Source: Candidatus Aenigmatarchaeota archaeon
GTDB taxonomy: Archaea; Aenigmatarchaeota; Aenigmatarchaeia; CG10238-14; SCSR01
Direction: 5' to 3'
Assembly: GCA_030615205.1 (NCBI GenBank)
Contig: JAUWZS010000001.1
Span: 209,492 to 273,491, forward strand
DNA: 64,000 nt
Shown here: one piece after another, positions 29,639 through 38,779 of the stretch
Position numbering within the stretch: the first letter of the stretch is position 1
Layout: each line of letters begins with the position of its first letter
The notes under the pieces: model-generated
What the model was told of the DNA's origin: nothing
Databases searched by the model: none
Seen by the model: only the letters and a program-made list of their open reading frames with translations
Position numbers and translations under genes: made by a program

Positions 29639-30181
29639 CTACTCCTCCTTCTCCTTCTTGGGCGCACCTGTTGCTAATCTGACAGACTTTCTGATTACCC
29701 CAACAGTTTTTCCACGCCTGAAGGAGCTTCTAGTTCTCTGGCCACGCACAGGTAGACCAAACATATGCCTGACACCTTTGTAATTTTTTTTGTCAATCAT
29801 CCTTTGTATATCAAACTTTCTTGTTACATCAATATCCTGGCCTGAAACATGCGAGTCTTTACCACTTTCTATGCTCTTCCTTCTATTTAACAACCAAGAA
29901 GATACACCGATTTCTAACGGCTCTCTTATAGCCTTTTCAAGCTCCGCTATCTCACTTTCAGTAAAAGAACCAAGCTTTTTGTTCGGGTCGATTTTGGCTG
30001 TTTTGCATATAGCATTTGCAAATGAATGGCTAACTCCCTTAATTTTCAGTATTGCATGGGCTACATCTTTTTCCCCATCTAAATCTGTTCCAAGGACTCG
30101 AATTATCATTCGCATGCGATGTTTCTCTTTTGGTTTTTTCACATCCTTCTTTTTCTCTTCCTTGGTTTTTTCATATATCAT
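29639..30181 (-). CDS. rps13: 30S ribosomal protein uS13
   Basis: IRVLGTDLDG...ILKIKGV...PVRGQRTRS. Confidence 0.9.
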   Translation of the reverse strand: MIYEKTKEEKKKDVKKPKEKHRMRMIIRVLGTDLDGEKDVAHAILKIKGVSHSFANAICKTAKIDPNKKLGSFTESEIAELEKAIREPLEIGVSSWLLNRRKSIESGKDSHVSGQDIDVTRKFDIQRMIDKKNYKGVRHMFGLPVRGQRTRSSFRRGKTVGVIRKSVRLATGAPKKEKEE

Positions 30182-30251
30182 ATTAACACTTCAGTTTAGT
30201 ATCTATAATAATCTATTTAAAGATTTTAAAAACTTTTAGGATTCAATACAA

Positions 30252-30360
30252 TGGACCGACCGGGACTCGAACCCGGAGCCTCCACCATGCCAAGGTGGCG
30301 ATCTTGGCAACTTTTTGATGAGACTTTTTCCAAAAGTTTCTACCATTGATCTATCGGCCC
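30252..30360 (-). tRNA. tRNA-Ala(GGC) with ~37-nt intron inside the D-loop
   Basis: Hand fold: acceptor GGGCCGA/UCGGUCC carrying the G3-U70 alanine identity pair. The D stem GAUC...GAUC is split by an insert containing the helix AACUUUUUG/CAAAAAGUU. Anticodon arm CCACC-UUGGCAU-GGUGG, T arm CCGGG-UUCGAGU-CCCGG. Confidence 0.75.
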
Positions 30361-30378
30361 ACAGTTTATAATTTTTTA

Positions 30379-30546
30379 TCATTTACGTTTTTTGGCCTTT
30401 ACCCATTTCAACTTTTTAGGATTCCTACCCATTAAAAAGTTTTTTTCACATTTCTTCGAACACCAATAGTATATGGTTCCATCATTTTTAACAAACATCT
30501 TCCCTGTTCCAGATTTTATACTAGTACGGCAAAAAGAACACTTCAT
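30379..30546 (-). CDS. rpl24e: 50S ribosomal protein eL24 (L24e), 55 aa, below ORF-track cutoff
   Basis: Own translation: [55 protein letters not shown]. This is the classic L24e zinc ribbon, and it completes the L7Ae-S28e-L24e operon. Confidence 0.85.
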   Translation of the reverse strand: MKCSFCRTSIKSGTGKMFVKNDGTIYYWCSKKCEKNFLMGRNPKKLKWVKAKKRK

Positions 30547-30567
30547 TCGGATCAACTCTATTTCTCA

Positions 30568-30783
30568 CTACCTTTCGCTCAACCTACCAGCAGATTCCAT
30601 TTCAGTCTCTCGGAGCATGAGTATGTCATTGACTCTAACAGCGCCTATTACATTTCTAGTCAATATTTTTCCTCTATTTGGCCCATCAAGAACTTTGCAT
30701 CTAACTTGTACTATTCCCTTCACGCCAGATCGGCCTAAAATCTGGAGAACTTCAGCTGGATGTGCGTCAACCATTAGAATCAC
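30568..30783 (-). CDS. rps28e: 30S ribosomal protein eS28
   Basis: [23 protein letters not shown]...[22 protein letters not shown]. Confidence 0.9.
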   Translation of the reverse strand: MILMVDAHPAEVLQILGRSGVKGIVQVRCKVLDGPNRGKILTRNVIGAVRVNDILMLRETEMESAGRLSER

Positions 30784-31148
30784 TCCTTTTTAGGCTGTGT
30801 TATTTTCGCCAGAATCTCCTTGAATATATCTTTACCTTCCCCGACCTCTGTGATTCCAATCGCAGCAGTGGGAACATCTATGCCAGCAGCCCTTCCCAAT
30901 TCCATCTTACTTGGCACATAAACATATGGTATTTTCTTTTCTCCGCACAGTGCAGGCAAATGCATGACAATTTCTTTTGGTTCTACATCTGAAGCTATAA
31001 CAACCAGTTTTGCAAGTCCGCGATCAATGAATTTTGTAGTTTCATTAATACCCTTTTTTACCTTTCCAGTATTTTTAGCCATTTCCACGAGCCGCAATAC
31101 TTGATCACTAACTTCTTTTGGTACTTCTCCATTTGCCATATCAATCAT
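30780..31148 (-). CDS. rpl7ae: 50S ribosomal protein L7Ae (eL8), kink-turn binding
   Basis: [27 protein letters not shown]...YVYVPSK. Confidence 0.9.
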   Translation of the reverse strand: MIDMANGEVPKEVSDQVLRLVEMAKNTGKVKKGINETTKFIDRGLAKLVVIASDVEPKEIVMHLPALCGEKKIPYVYVPSKMELGRAAGIDVPTAAIGITEVGEGKDIFKEILAKITQPKKE

Positions 31149-31208
31149 CCACCAATTTAATTACGCCTGATTAATCTCTTATATTATTCCTTTAAATCCT
31201 TTTTAATC

Positions 31209-32903
31209 TTATTTATGTGCAAAATATAAAACTATATCCTTTTTGCTCCTATCCACCCTGAAAAAGCCAATTCTTACGAGTTGTATTACATCATCAACTT
31301 TTGCCTTTTTGATATCAGGTTCAGCAATAACGTTTTTAGTCTCACCGTTCGGCATAATTATTTTTATTTTAACATTTGGTTCGCTTACCCAATGGAGTTT
31401 TTGGGAATCCATTTTGATTTTTTCAGATGTAAACCTAGAATTTTTGTCTAATTTGATCGAAAAAAGATTAATGAGCCCAATTTCTTTATCCCTGTATTTT
31501 TCATAATCTTCTTTTTCTATGTATATTTCGCTAGAGTTTACAGGTATCTTTCTTTTACCACGTTTTGGGAAATCTGGATGCAGCGGCGCAAATGCAAATT
31601 TCTTTTTGGAGCCCTTTCTCAAATTTACTGATATTTTGAGCGGGTCCAGTATTGCGAAATATCTGTTCGCCCTTTTATCGATTAGTTTTCTATTTTCTGA
31701 ATAAAGTATTTCCGCAGGCACAGTTACATCTGCAAGGCTAATTCCCATGCGGACAATGAAATTACATACGGCTTCTGGTTGTATACCACGCTTTCTTAAT
31801 GATTGTAACGACCATGTTCGTGGATCGTCCCAGCCACTCAGCACGCCAGATTCAATTGCGGCACGGGCCTTGCTTTTGCTTAATTTTCCTTCTTTAAGTT
31901 TCAACAAGCCATAATGTAAAAACTCTGGGAGGCCCCATCCCATCTTTTTCCATATGAAAATTTCCATCAAATCTTCCATTACCAACTCTTTACCACGTAA
32001 TATGTGCGTCATCCCAAGCTCATGATCATCTATAGCCCACGAATATTCGAGCATCGGCCAGACATGATATTTATTTCCAACACGCGGATGCTTTCTGTTC
32101 GATATCCTCAAAAGAACACGGTCTCTGAAAGCTGGGTTCGGTGCTTTCATATCTGTTTTCAACCTGACAGTTGCTTCGCCTTCTTTATACCTGCCATCAA
32201 TCATCCCTTTCCATAGTTTCAAATTTTCTTTTGGCGCATGGTCCCTGTGCACGCATGCTATTCCGGTTCTACGGCCGCTTCTCAATTCTTCTTGAGAGCA
32301 CAGGCACACATATGCAAATCCTTTCTTTAGCATGGTTTCAGCGTATTTGTAGAAAATTGGCATCCTATCAGATTTGTAAATCTCTTTATGAATTTTTACA
32401 CCAAGCCAATCAAGCCCATCTTTAATCAGCTTATAACCCTCGAGAATTAATTTCTTCTCTTTGCTCCCTATGGTATCATCATAGACAAGAAATAGTTTTC
32501 CACCATAACGCTTGACGTACTCGTCATTAAGCACTACCATTCGAGCATTTCCAATATGTAGAGGTCCAGAAGGGTACGGTGCAAGACGCATAACAACTTT
32601 TCCTTTTACAGCTTTTGGCAGAGGTGGCAATTCACCTTCTTTTCTTTTTTTCTTCGGCTTGATTTCCAGTTTTTCAAATTCATTTTTCAATTTTGTAGTG
32701 GACCACAAGTTGACTTCGTCTACGCAAGAAGTTATAAATTTTATGGCGTTTTTGATATCCGCCTTCAGCTCAGGCTTATCACCAATTACTTTACCCAAAA
32801 CCGCTTTAACATCAGCTTTCCCATTATGTTGAGAAGCATTGATAATCGTATGTCTAAGTACAAGTCTCTTCAATCCCAGTTCGCTTTTCTTTTTCTTCAG
32901 CAT
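31209..32903 (-). CDS. gltX: glutamyl-tRNA synthetase (archaeal GlxRS type)
   Basis: The HIGH-type motif PSGPLHIGNA and the KMSKS-type motif GKLSKSK. The 564-aa length is typical of the archaeal enzyme. Confidence 0.9.
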   Translation of the reverse strand: MLKKKKSELGLKRLVLRHTIINASQHNGKADVKAVLGKVIGDKPELKADIKNAIKFITSCVDEVNLWSTTKLKNEFEKLEIKPKKKRKEGELPPLPKAVKGKVVMRLAPYPSGPLHIGNARMVVLNDEYVKRYGGKLFLVYDDTIGSKEKKLILEGYKLIKDGLDWLGVKIHKEIYKSDRMPIFYKYAETMLKKGFAYVCLCSQEELRSGRRTGIACVHRDHAPKENLKLWKGMIDGRYKEGEATVRLKTDMKAPNPAFRDRVLLRISNRKHPRVGNKYHVWPMLEYSWAIDDHELGMTHILRGKELVMEDLMEIFIWKKMGWGLPEFLHYGLLKLKEGKLSKSKARAAIESGVLSGWDDPRTWSLQSLRKRGIQPEAVCNFIVRMGISLADVTVPAEILYSENRKLIDKRANRYFAILDPLKISVNLRKGSKKKFAFAPLHPDFPKRGKRKIPVNSSEIYIEKEDYEKYRDKEIGLINLFSIKLDKNSRFTSEKIKMDSQKLHWVSEPNVKIKIIMPNGETKNVIAEPDIKKAKVDDVIQLVRIGFFRVDRSKKDIVLYFAHK

Positions 32904-32934
32904 AAATAGAAAATTGTGCCACTATATATTAATT

Positions 32935-33780
32935 CTACATTATTATGCTTGCATATCCTACAACCGCGCTCCTGTCACCGGTAATATCTGCCGAAGTGGC
33001 GTATTTCAATAATTTTCCTTTTTTCGAGCCAAGCATTTTTGCAGCAACGACTGCTGTAGCAATTCCGCCAAAACCACAAACACTCGCATTTTTTTCAATA
33101 ACGCGGTCAATAAACATCTTTTCATTAAGTCGCAAAATCGATTTTATTATATAGGTATCCACTTCTTCTGCCAATTTTTGCGGCACATAGTGTGAGAAAT
33201 CTGAACTTGCCAGAATTAACCAATTTTCTTTGCTTGATTTCACAGCGTTTGCAATGCTTTTACCAATAAATATACAGTCATCAATAAGCGCATTGTCAGC
33301 AATATCGCACGCAATACTTATCGGAACAAACTTGAAATCATCGCCAAAAACATATTGCAAAAAAGGCAATTGGACTTCTATTGAATGCTCGTTCTGGTGA
33401 GGAATTACATCATTTTCCAACAGTTCGCATTTTTCAAGCAAACGAGAAGCCATAGATTCATGTACAGTTGCAGTACCTAAAGGTGTTTTCCACAATCCGC
33501 GTTTCATAGTAGCATATTTTGATCCGAACATGTAGTGGTTTGTGCCTAATATTATAAAGTTCACTGGCTTTTTTTCGCCAAGCATAGAATAGACTTTAGC
33601 AGCAACCCATCCAGAATACATATAACCAGCATGAGGTACAACAGCTACATCAAATTTCTGTATTTTCTTTTTTTTATTCTCATCAGCTTTCTTAAAACTA
33701 GCTTCAATCTGCTTTTTCAGCCTGTTCACATCTAAATCATAAAACGTACCAGCTGCAACAGGCGGGCGCAAATATAACAT
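32935..33780 (-). CDS. MEMO1 / AmmeMemoRadiSam system protein B family
   Basis: RPPVAAGTFY...VPHAGYMYSG...HSIEVQLPFLQ...SSDFSHY. Confidence 0.8.
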   Translation of the reverse strand: MLYLRPPVAAGTFYDLDVNRLKKQIEASFKKADENKKKKIQKFDVAVVPHAGYMYSGWVAAKVYSMLGEKKPVNFIILGTNHYMFGSKYATMKRGLWKTPLGTATVHESMASRLLEKCELLENDVIPHQNEHSIEVQLPFLQYVFGDDFKFVPISIACDIADNALIDDCIFIGKSIANAVKSSKENWLILASSDFSHYVPQKLAEEVDTYIIKSILRLNEKMFIDRVIEKNASVCGFGGIATAVVAAKMLGSKKGKLLKYATSADITGDRSAVVGYASIIM

Positions 33781-34031
33781 AATAATGTAATCAATATTCT
33801 TTCCCTTTTAAGTTTTCCCATTTGAGGTCCAAACACATAAATACGTATACCATATAGTGATATATATTGTATGCTACATCAATTACTATATAGTAAACTA
33901 AATAGACAGCGTAAAAATTAAAAATACTAACAGTGCCCTTACTAAAGAAACATATTATAAAAAACATATTTAATGATGGATATATTCTAAGTATATAAAT
34001 ATCTCCAGAGCGTATATTCTATTAGAGTGAT

Positions 34032-34316
34032 ATGCGATTAATAAAGACTCCGCCATCAGCAAAATTGTATTTGCATGTAAAACCAGTAAGGTTACTTACA
34101 AGTTTGAAGGCCGGGCCCAAATACGCAACAATTTTATCGAAAGAAATAGACTGTACATATTCGCACACGGTCAAGCTGCTGGATCAATTCAAAAGATTCG
34201 GTCTTGTCGAATTCGAAAAGAAAGGAAGAATAAAAATTGTAACGCTAACAAGCCTGGGAGAAGACCTCGCGCATGCTTTTGAAGGCGTTATGATGAGGCT
34301 GAACAAGCTAAAGTGA
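34032..34316 (+). CDS. winged-helix DNA-binding protein
   Basis: 94 aa. KYATILSKEIDCTYSHTVKLLDQFKRFGLVEFEKKGRIKIVTLT is an HTH plus wing. Confidence 0.5.
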   Translation: MRLIKTPPSAKLYLHVKPVRLLTSLKAGPKYATILSKEIDCTYSHTVKLLDQFKRFGLVEFEKKGRIKIVTLTSLGEDLAHAFEGVMMRLNKLK

Positions 34317-34349
34317 GGGTTTAAATCTTTTTCTACTAATTTTTAAACC

Positions 34350-34607
34350 ATGGACGAATCAGCTTATGATGTTGGAAGATTAGGTGCAGGTGGTTGTTGC
34401 GAGATATTGGAACATCTTAGTACTGTCGATAGTGCAAGACGATGCGAGTTGATACGTAAAATAGGTATGCATGCTACAACTATTGGTAGAAGTCTAAAAT
34501 ATTTAAAAAAAGAAGGTCTTGTTGAAGAGAAAGATGGTTACCAGATAACACCAAACGGAAGGAAAGCTCTTCCCCTCATACAGAAACTGAAAAGGTATCT
34601 TCAATAA
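34350..34607 (+). CDS. winged-helix DNA-binding protein (ArsR/MarR-like)
   Basis: 85 aa. RRCELIRKIGMHATTIGRSLKYLKKEGLVEEKDGYQITPNG. Confidence 0.5.
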   Translation: MDESAYDVGRLGAGGCCEILEHLSTVDSARRCELIRKIGMHATTIGRSLKYLKKEGLVEEKDGYQITPNGRKALPLIQKLKRYLQ

Positions 34608-34662
34608 ATCTAGTTCTGAAAAAGAAAGGAAATTAAATCTTTTGCTGTTTATAACATTTAAC

Positions 34663-34950
34663 ATGGTTTTAACAGATGAACAGAGAGAATTAATTGAAAA
34701 AACAATGTTACAATTACTAGAGAGAAAGGGATGGTTTACAGCACGTGATGTGTATAAAAGATTAGAAGATATAAATCCACGCGCTATAATCGGTTTTCTC
34801 GCTTATCATGGTTATAGAGATTTAAGAGAGGAATATGGTGTTAAATCACGTCGTATAATACATATCAGTAAAAAAACAGGGCGGTATGAAAACTCTATCG
34901 AGGTCTATCATCGTAAAGACGTTTCTCCTCCAGATAGCGTTGAATACTAA
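34663..34950 (+). CDS. hypothetical protein
   Basis: The ATG at 34663 is preferred over the TTG at 34642. No family recognised. Confidence 0.4.
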   Translation: MVLTDEQRELIEKTMLQLLERKGWFTARDVYKRLEDINPRAIIGFLAYHGYRDLREEYGVKSRRIIHISKKTGRYENSIEVYHRKDVSPPDSVEY

Positions 34951-35082
34951 TTTTTTTTATAAATCCATAGTTTTCGTTTTCAATAATAAAGCTGGTCAAT
35001 AATCAAGCCCATTCTCTCTTTCTCTATTATATAATAGAATAGAGAGTGGGCTAAAATGTGATACTTGGGATATAACTACCCA

Positions 35083-35226
35083 TTAAACGATATTGTTCAA
35101 TCGCAGATAACACTTATACAAGTTTGGACACATTTGCAACCAATCATGCTAGAATGCTAGACCTGATAATCTCATGGCTGAGATTATCTCTAACACGATT
35201 GGTAATTGCTGTGATTTATCGTTTAA
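35083..35226 (+). ncRNA. candidate structured RNA (four nested helices)
   Basis: H1 35083-35091/35218-35226 (9 bp). H2 35099-35106/35209-35216 (8 bp, with one pair that is G-U only on the + strand). H3 35139-35145/35197-35203 (7 bp). H4 35165-35174/35179-35188 (10 bp, loop TGGC). No long ORF is present. Confidence 0.35.
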
Positions 35227-35252
35227 CGAGAGTCCCCCGATGCTTACGAGAT

Positions 35253-35366
35253 TTAAACGGCATTTTCTTCAACTTCTAATTGTTCGGCTAATTCACGTTT
35301 ACGCCTAGCAATAGATCGCCGATGTGCAATTCCTGTAATTTGTCGGCGGTCGCCTTTTGTTGTCAT
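35253..35366 (-). CDS. small basic protein, 37 aa (speculative)
   Basis: Own translation: MTTKGDRRQITGIAHRRSIARRKRELAEQLEVEENAV. It is divergent from the 35400 operon. It is very short, so this is weak. Confidence 0.2.
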   Translation of the reverse strand: MTTKGDRRQITGIAHRRSIARRKRELAEQLEVEENAV

Positions 35367-35399
35367 ACTTATTAATTATAGTTAGACAATTATTAACAT

Positions 35400-35537
35400 A
35401 TGAGGAAATGCGCTCAATGTGGCAAGGGAATCGAAAGGAGAAAAGGTTATATAAGACACAAAGATTTGGCGGGCAAGGTGCAAGCGATCCTCTGTTCGTT
35501 CAAATGCCATAGAAAATATAACAGAGGTAATGCGTAA
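35400..35537 (+). CDS. small zinc-finger protein, 45 aa (below ORF-track cutoff)
   Basis: Own translation: MRKCAQCGKGIERRKGYIRHKDLAGKVQAILCSFKCHRKYNRGNA. Its stop overlaps the next start (TAATG at 35535-35539), which suggests translational coupling. Confidence 0.4.
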   Translation: MRKCAQCGKGIERRKGYIRHKDLAGKVQAILCSFKCHRKYNRGNA

Positions 35538-36187
35538 TGTTGAATCAAATAATGGACTTTATGTTTAACAACATATTCTATTTTATCATTGCTGGGTTTG
35601 GCATTTGGTTCTTATTGAAATATCTGAAATTTGGCTCACGAACAAAGGTAAAAGTAATAAGTAGAGGCGAAATAGAACGATTGAAGTTTATAGAGCGCAT
35701 GAAGTTCAATGAGAGTGAAACATTCAAAGACTTTGTAGTCGGCGATCGTCTTAGAGGCAGAATTACTCATTTCAGGCAGTTTACAGTTGGCAATCCGACC
35801 AAACAATTTACTCAAATGCTGGTCAAACCGATGCTGATTCGCAAACTGAATATAGTAAATCCTGTGGCAAAGCATAAGTGCGTGCAAATAGACAGCAAGT
35901 TAGTTACATTAGATGAAAAGACAAAGGCGGTTAAAATTGTTGATGGTGTTTTTTTTGATTTTCTATTTGGAATTTATTATGATACCGTTGATGAGAAGCA
36001 GCATCTCGAAAATATTAAATCTGATAATGTGCTGAGGACGGATTACGATCAGATGGCCGGTCGGTATTGGGTAAAAGGACAGCAGCAATGCGTATATAGT
36101 CCTGAGATGGCATTGCAGCTTGCATTAAAGGAAAGAGAATTAGCCATTGAGTTGGCAAAGAAGAAAGGCAAAGCTGAAACGGTGTAA
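35537..36187 (+). CDS. membrane-anchored hypothetical protein
   Basis: N-terminal TM (IFYFIIAGFGIWFLL). The remainder is soluble with a coiled-coil tail. No family recognised. Confidence 0.5.
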   Translation: MLNQIMDFMFNNIFYFIIAGFGIWFLLKYLKFGSRTKVKVISRGEIERLKFIERMKFNESETFKDFVVGDRLRGRITHFRQFTVGNPTKQFTQMLVKPMLIRKLNIVNPVAKHKCVQIDSKLVTLDEKTKAVKIVDGVFFDFLFGIYYDTVDEKQHLENIKSDNVLRTDYDQMAGRYWVKGQQQCVYSPEMALQLALKERELAIELAKKKGKAETV

Positions 36188-36191
36188 TCCT

Positions 36192-37175
36192 ATGGGACAA
36201 GACGACTATAAGAAAAGTCCATTCCATATGGAATTTCAGCCGTTCAATGCAAGACAAATGATATACTCGCAATATGGTAAGCTGATACCTCGAAATTTTA
36301 AACCGCATTTACGGAATAATACATTACTAAGACATACATTCTATAGGCAGCACCGAAATCAAAATACATTCATACTAATTTTGGGCAATGTTAGATCGGG
36401 CAAAACTTATTTTGCGCTTAAGATGGCTGAGTTGTTTATGAAAGAGCAGGGTAAGAAGTTTAGTATTAAGAAACAATGCTCATTTGATCCTATAAAGTTT
36501 TTAAAGTGGAGTAGCACAACTGAATGTTCCTGTTATGTGTTAGATGAGATACAACTTTCTATGGGCGCAAGGGAATGGTATGATGTGCAGCATAGGATAT
36601 TTAACCAATTTGCAGATATACAGGGATTCAGGCGTAATTGTTTGTTCTTGACATTGCCCAATATCGCTTACATAGATCGTCATTTGAGATTTTTGATGAA
36701 CTACGTTGTCCGCACTTTGTATCAAAGCAAAGTGATATGGTGGAAAGTAAAAATGCGCCACGAAGTTGGAAAAGGCTGGTTGGATTATGTGGGCAGCGTA
36801 AAAGTATCGCTACCCAGCAAGGAAGTAGTTGATGATTATGAAGCTATTAAGAAAATTTTCAATGATGAGCATCTGAGAACAAGCATAGAGATCTTGGAAA
36901 ACATAGGCAAGCCAAAGAAAAGGAAGATTTCAGCATATCAGATACAACAGGCGTTTAAGCGTGGCATTATTACTGAGGAAGTATTTACTGAGAAAATGAT
37001 TGATCGTGGATTTGATGAAAGTGAAGTGGCAATAGCTATGGAGAACATGGCAAAAAGCACACAAGGGACAGCCCAATTTAGTCATACTTGCGCTAAATGT
37101 GGTGCTACTTGGCAAGGAAAGAAAGAGAATCCTCGAAGTTGTCCAAGATGTGATGCGAGGAAGTGGCGTTTATAG
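36192..37175 (+). CDS. P-loop NTPase with C-terminal zinc ribbon (packaging/Zot-like or replication ATPase, unassigned)
   Basis: Walker A ILGNVRSGKT, Walker B CYVLDEIQ, and C-terminal CAKCG...CPRCD. The ATG at 36192 comes just after the stop of the previous gene. Confidence 0.65.
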   Translation: MGQDDYKKSPFHMEFQPFNARQMIYSQYGKLIPRNFKPHLRNNTLLRHTFYRQHRNQNTFILILGNVRSGKTYFALKMAELFMKEQGKKFSIKKQCSFDPIKFLKWSSTTECSCYVLDEIQLSMGAREWYDVQHRIFNQFADIQGFRRNCLFLTLPNIAYIDRHLRFLMNYVVRTLYQSKVIWWKVKMRHEVGKGWLDYVGSVKVSLPSKEVVDDYEAIKKIFNDEHLRTSIEILENIGKPKKRKISAYQIQQAFKRGIITEEVFTEKMIDRGFDESEVAIAMENMAKSTQGTAQFSHTCAKCGATWQGKKENPRSCPRCDARKWRL

Positions 37176-37282
37176 GATTAATAGAAAAGTATATCTCTCT
37201 TGTTTTATTATATCTTTACGGCTAATTAAGAGATGACTTCCCCCACACCGCCGCCGCCGTCATTCATACCCTCTCAGGATTG

Positions 37283-37348
37283 ACCGGATAGACCGGATAG
37301 CGTCCGCTCTATCCGGTTATCTTTTCTATCCGGTCATGTTCTCTATCC
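37283..37348. repeat. ACCGGATAG repeat array (2 tandem direct + 2-3 inverted copies)
   Basis: ACCGGATAG at 37283-37291 and 37292-37300. The complement CTATCCGGT at 37309-37317 and 37326-37334. CTATCC at 37343-37348; the inverted copies are 17 bp apart. Preceded by the GC-rich tract 37238-37261. Confidence 0.85.
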
Positions 37349-37352
37349 ACTT

Positions 37353-38537
37353 TTACTGCAATTCGTCCCAACTTGGTAATGTTAATGGTTGTAATTGTCG
37401 AATTTGCACAGTAGCAGTCTTATCTTCGGTTAATAATCTACTCTTATTTAAGAATCCATATTCAGCCAATTTATTGACATTAACATAAACCCAACTTCTA
37501 CCTCTATAATTTATAGCATCAACTATATCCGGCAATTCAGCCCATTTACCTAGCTTTTTACCATCATATTCCATAGCTTTTGATTCTTTTTGCAGTTTTT
37601 TAATCGTATCTAATAACCTTTGCTGCTCTTTGGTTAAAGGGATCATAAGCGGATTTGTAGTTAATTTTTTCATACATCTTTTGGCAATGTTATAATCCTG
37701 TTCAGTTGCCAAATAAAACCCATTTTCGTCTTGCTCACGCTGGTATTGATGTAATGCAGTCGAACTTTTCATCAGATCCAAAAATCTTTTGAACTGCGTC
37801 CTCATAATAATATTTTTCGGCATAAATTTTACAATCTTTTTTGCGTATGGGATTTTAACCTTTATTCTTCGCAATTTTCTCAATGCTTTCGTTATCGCTG
37901 GATCATATTCATCTGTTAATCCATTTTCTTCCATCTGTGCCTGTCGTTCCATTATTGCCTCAGTTTGTTTTATACTTGTATCAAGATTCACAAGTCCGTA
38001 TCTTCGCACATTATCTTTGCTTGGCGTTGAACTTGCCAAAGTATGAATTAAAATCGGTTTGCCATTTACAATCAGATCCTTTGGTTTGCCATCTATAACA
38101 ATAGTCGCCTTACTGCCGCTTGATGCAAAAACTTTCATTACATCACAATTTAAAATCCTTTGGCTTGTATCCTCGAAATAAATAACTGTGCCGTCCCAAG
38201 TCCATTCGGGTTCGAGTTCTGCGTTATGCCAATAGTTCAATGCCTTTTCTGTTATCCGTGTTCGTGTTTCATAAACTTTTTTTGGCAAAATATTACCAAT
38301 GTTGGATACAACCCAATCCTTACCGGCGCCTGTTTCATCATTCACGATCAGATTATAGCTTGTGAGCTTTGCATTTTCTACCAACCGCCCATTCATACAC
38401 AAAAATATAACTTCACAAGTAGCTTTTTCGCCGACAATCTTTTTCTCAAACTCTTTTATAATGTTATCAAAAAAATCAGGCGACAATAAATATTGGTCAG
38501 CCATATCTTCTACAAATTGCTCATTTATTTCTGGCAT
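37353..38537 (-). CDS. hypothetical protein with degenerate P-loop (possible SF3/D5-like helicase) and C-terminal wHTH-like region
   Basis: IVNDETGAGKDWVVSNIGNILP resembles a Walker A with D in place of S/T. VIYFEDTS is a possible Walker B. The assignment is tentative. Confidence 0.3.
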   Translation of the reverse strand: MPEINEQFVEDMADQYLLSPDFFDNIIKEFEKKIVGEKATCEVIFLCMNGRLVENAKLTSYNLIVNDETGAGKDWVVSNIGNILPKKVYETRTRITEKALNYWHNAELEPEWTWDGTVIYFEDTSQRILNCDVMKVFASSGSKATIVIDGKPKDLIVNGKPILIHTLASSTPSKDNVRRYGLVNLDTSIKQTEAIMERQAQMEENGLTDEYDPAITKALRKLRRIKVKIPYAKKIVKFMPKNIIMRTQFKRFLDLMKSSTALHQYQREQDENGFYLATEQDYNIAKRCMKKLTTNPLMIPLTKEQQRLLDTIKKLQKESKAMEYDGKKLGKWAELPDIVDAINYRGRSWVYVNVNKLAEYGFLNKSRLLTEDKTATVQIRQLQPLTLPSWDELQ

Positions 38538-38767
38538 TTTTTCACACCCTTCAATCCAAATTTTACATCTTGTTGGATCTCATCTCTAACTTCTATGGCT
38601 TTGAGAATCAGCATTTCATTATAAGTAGTATCAAGTCCCTTTTTGCGATAGACAAAAATCATTTTCCGTTTTCTCGCTATGTAGTTATCAATAAGTTGTT
38701 TCCAATCATTTGGTAGAATTTTCATTTTCCGTAGTCTTTTAATGCCTATACTTGTAATAACACACAT
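38525..38767 (-). CDS. hypothetical protein
   Basis: 80-aa ORF whose 3' end overlaps the start of the downstream gene by 13 nt (operon-like). Confidence 0.4.
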   Translation of the reverse strand: MCVITSIGIKRLRKMKILPNDWKQLIDNYIARKRKMIFVYRKKGLDTTYNEMLILKAIEVRDEIQQDVKFGLKGVKKCQK

Positions 38768-38779
38768 AGATAATCACAA

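Noticed and set aside
34962-34970. The 9-mer AATCCATAG also occurs at 42277-42285, near the two ends of the putative element. Considered as possible att direct repeats.
   Set aside because: A single 9-bp match between two ~200-bp AT-rich regions is expected by chance at an appreciable rate. It has no extension and no similarity to the tRNA, so it does not define boundaries.
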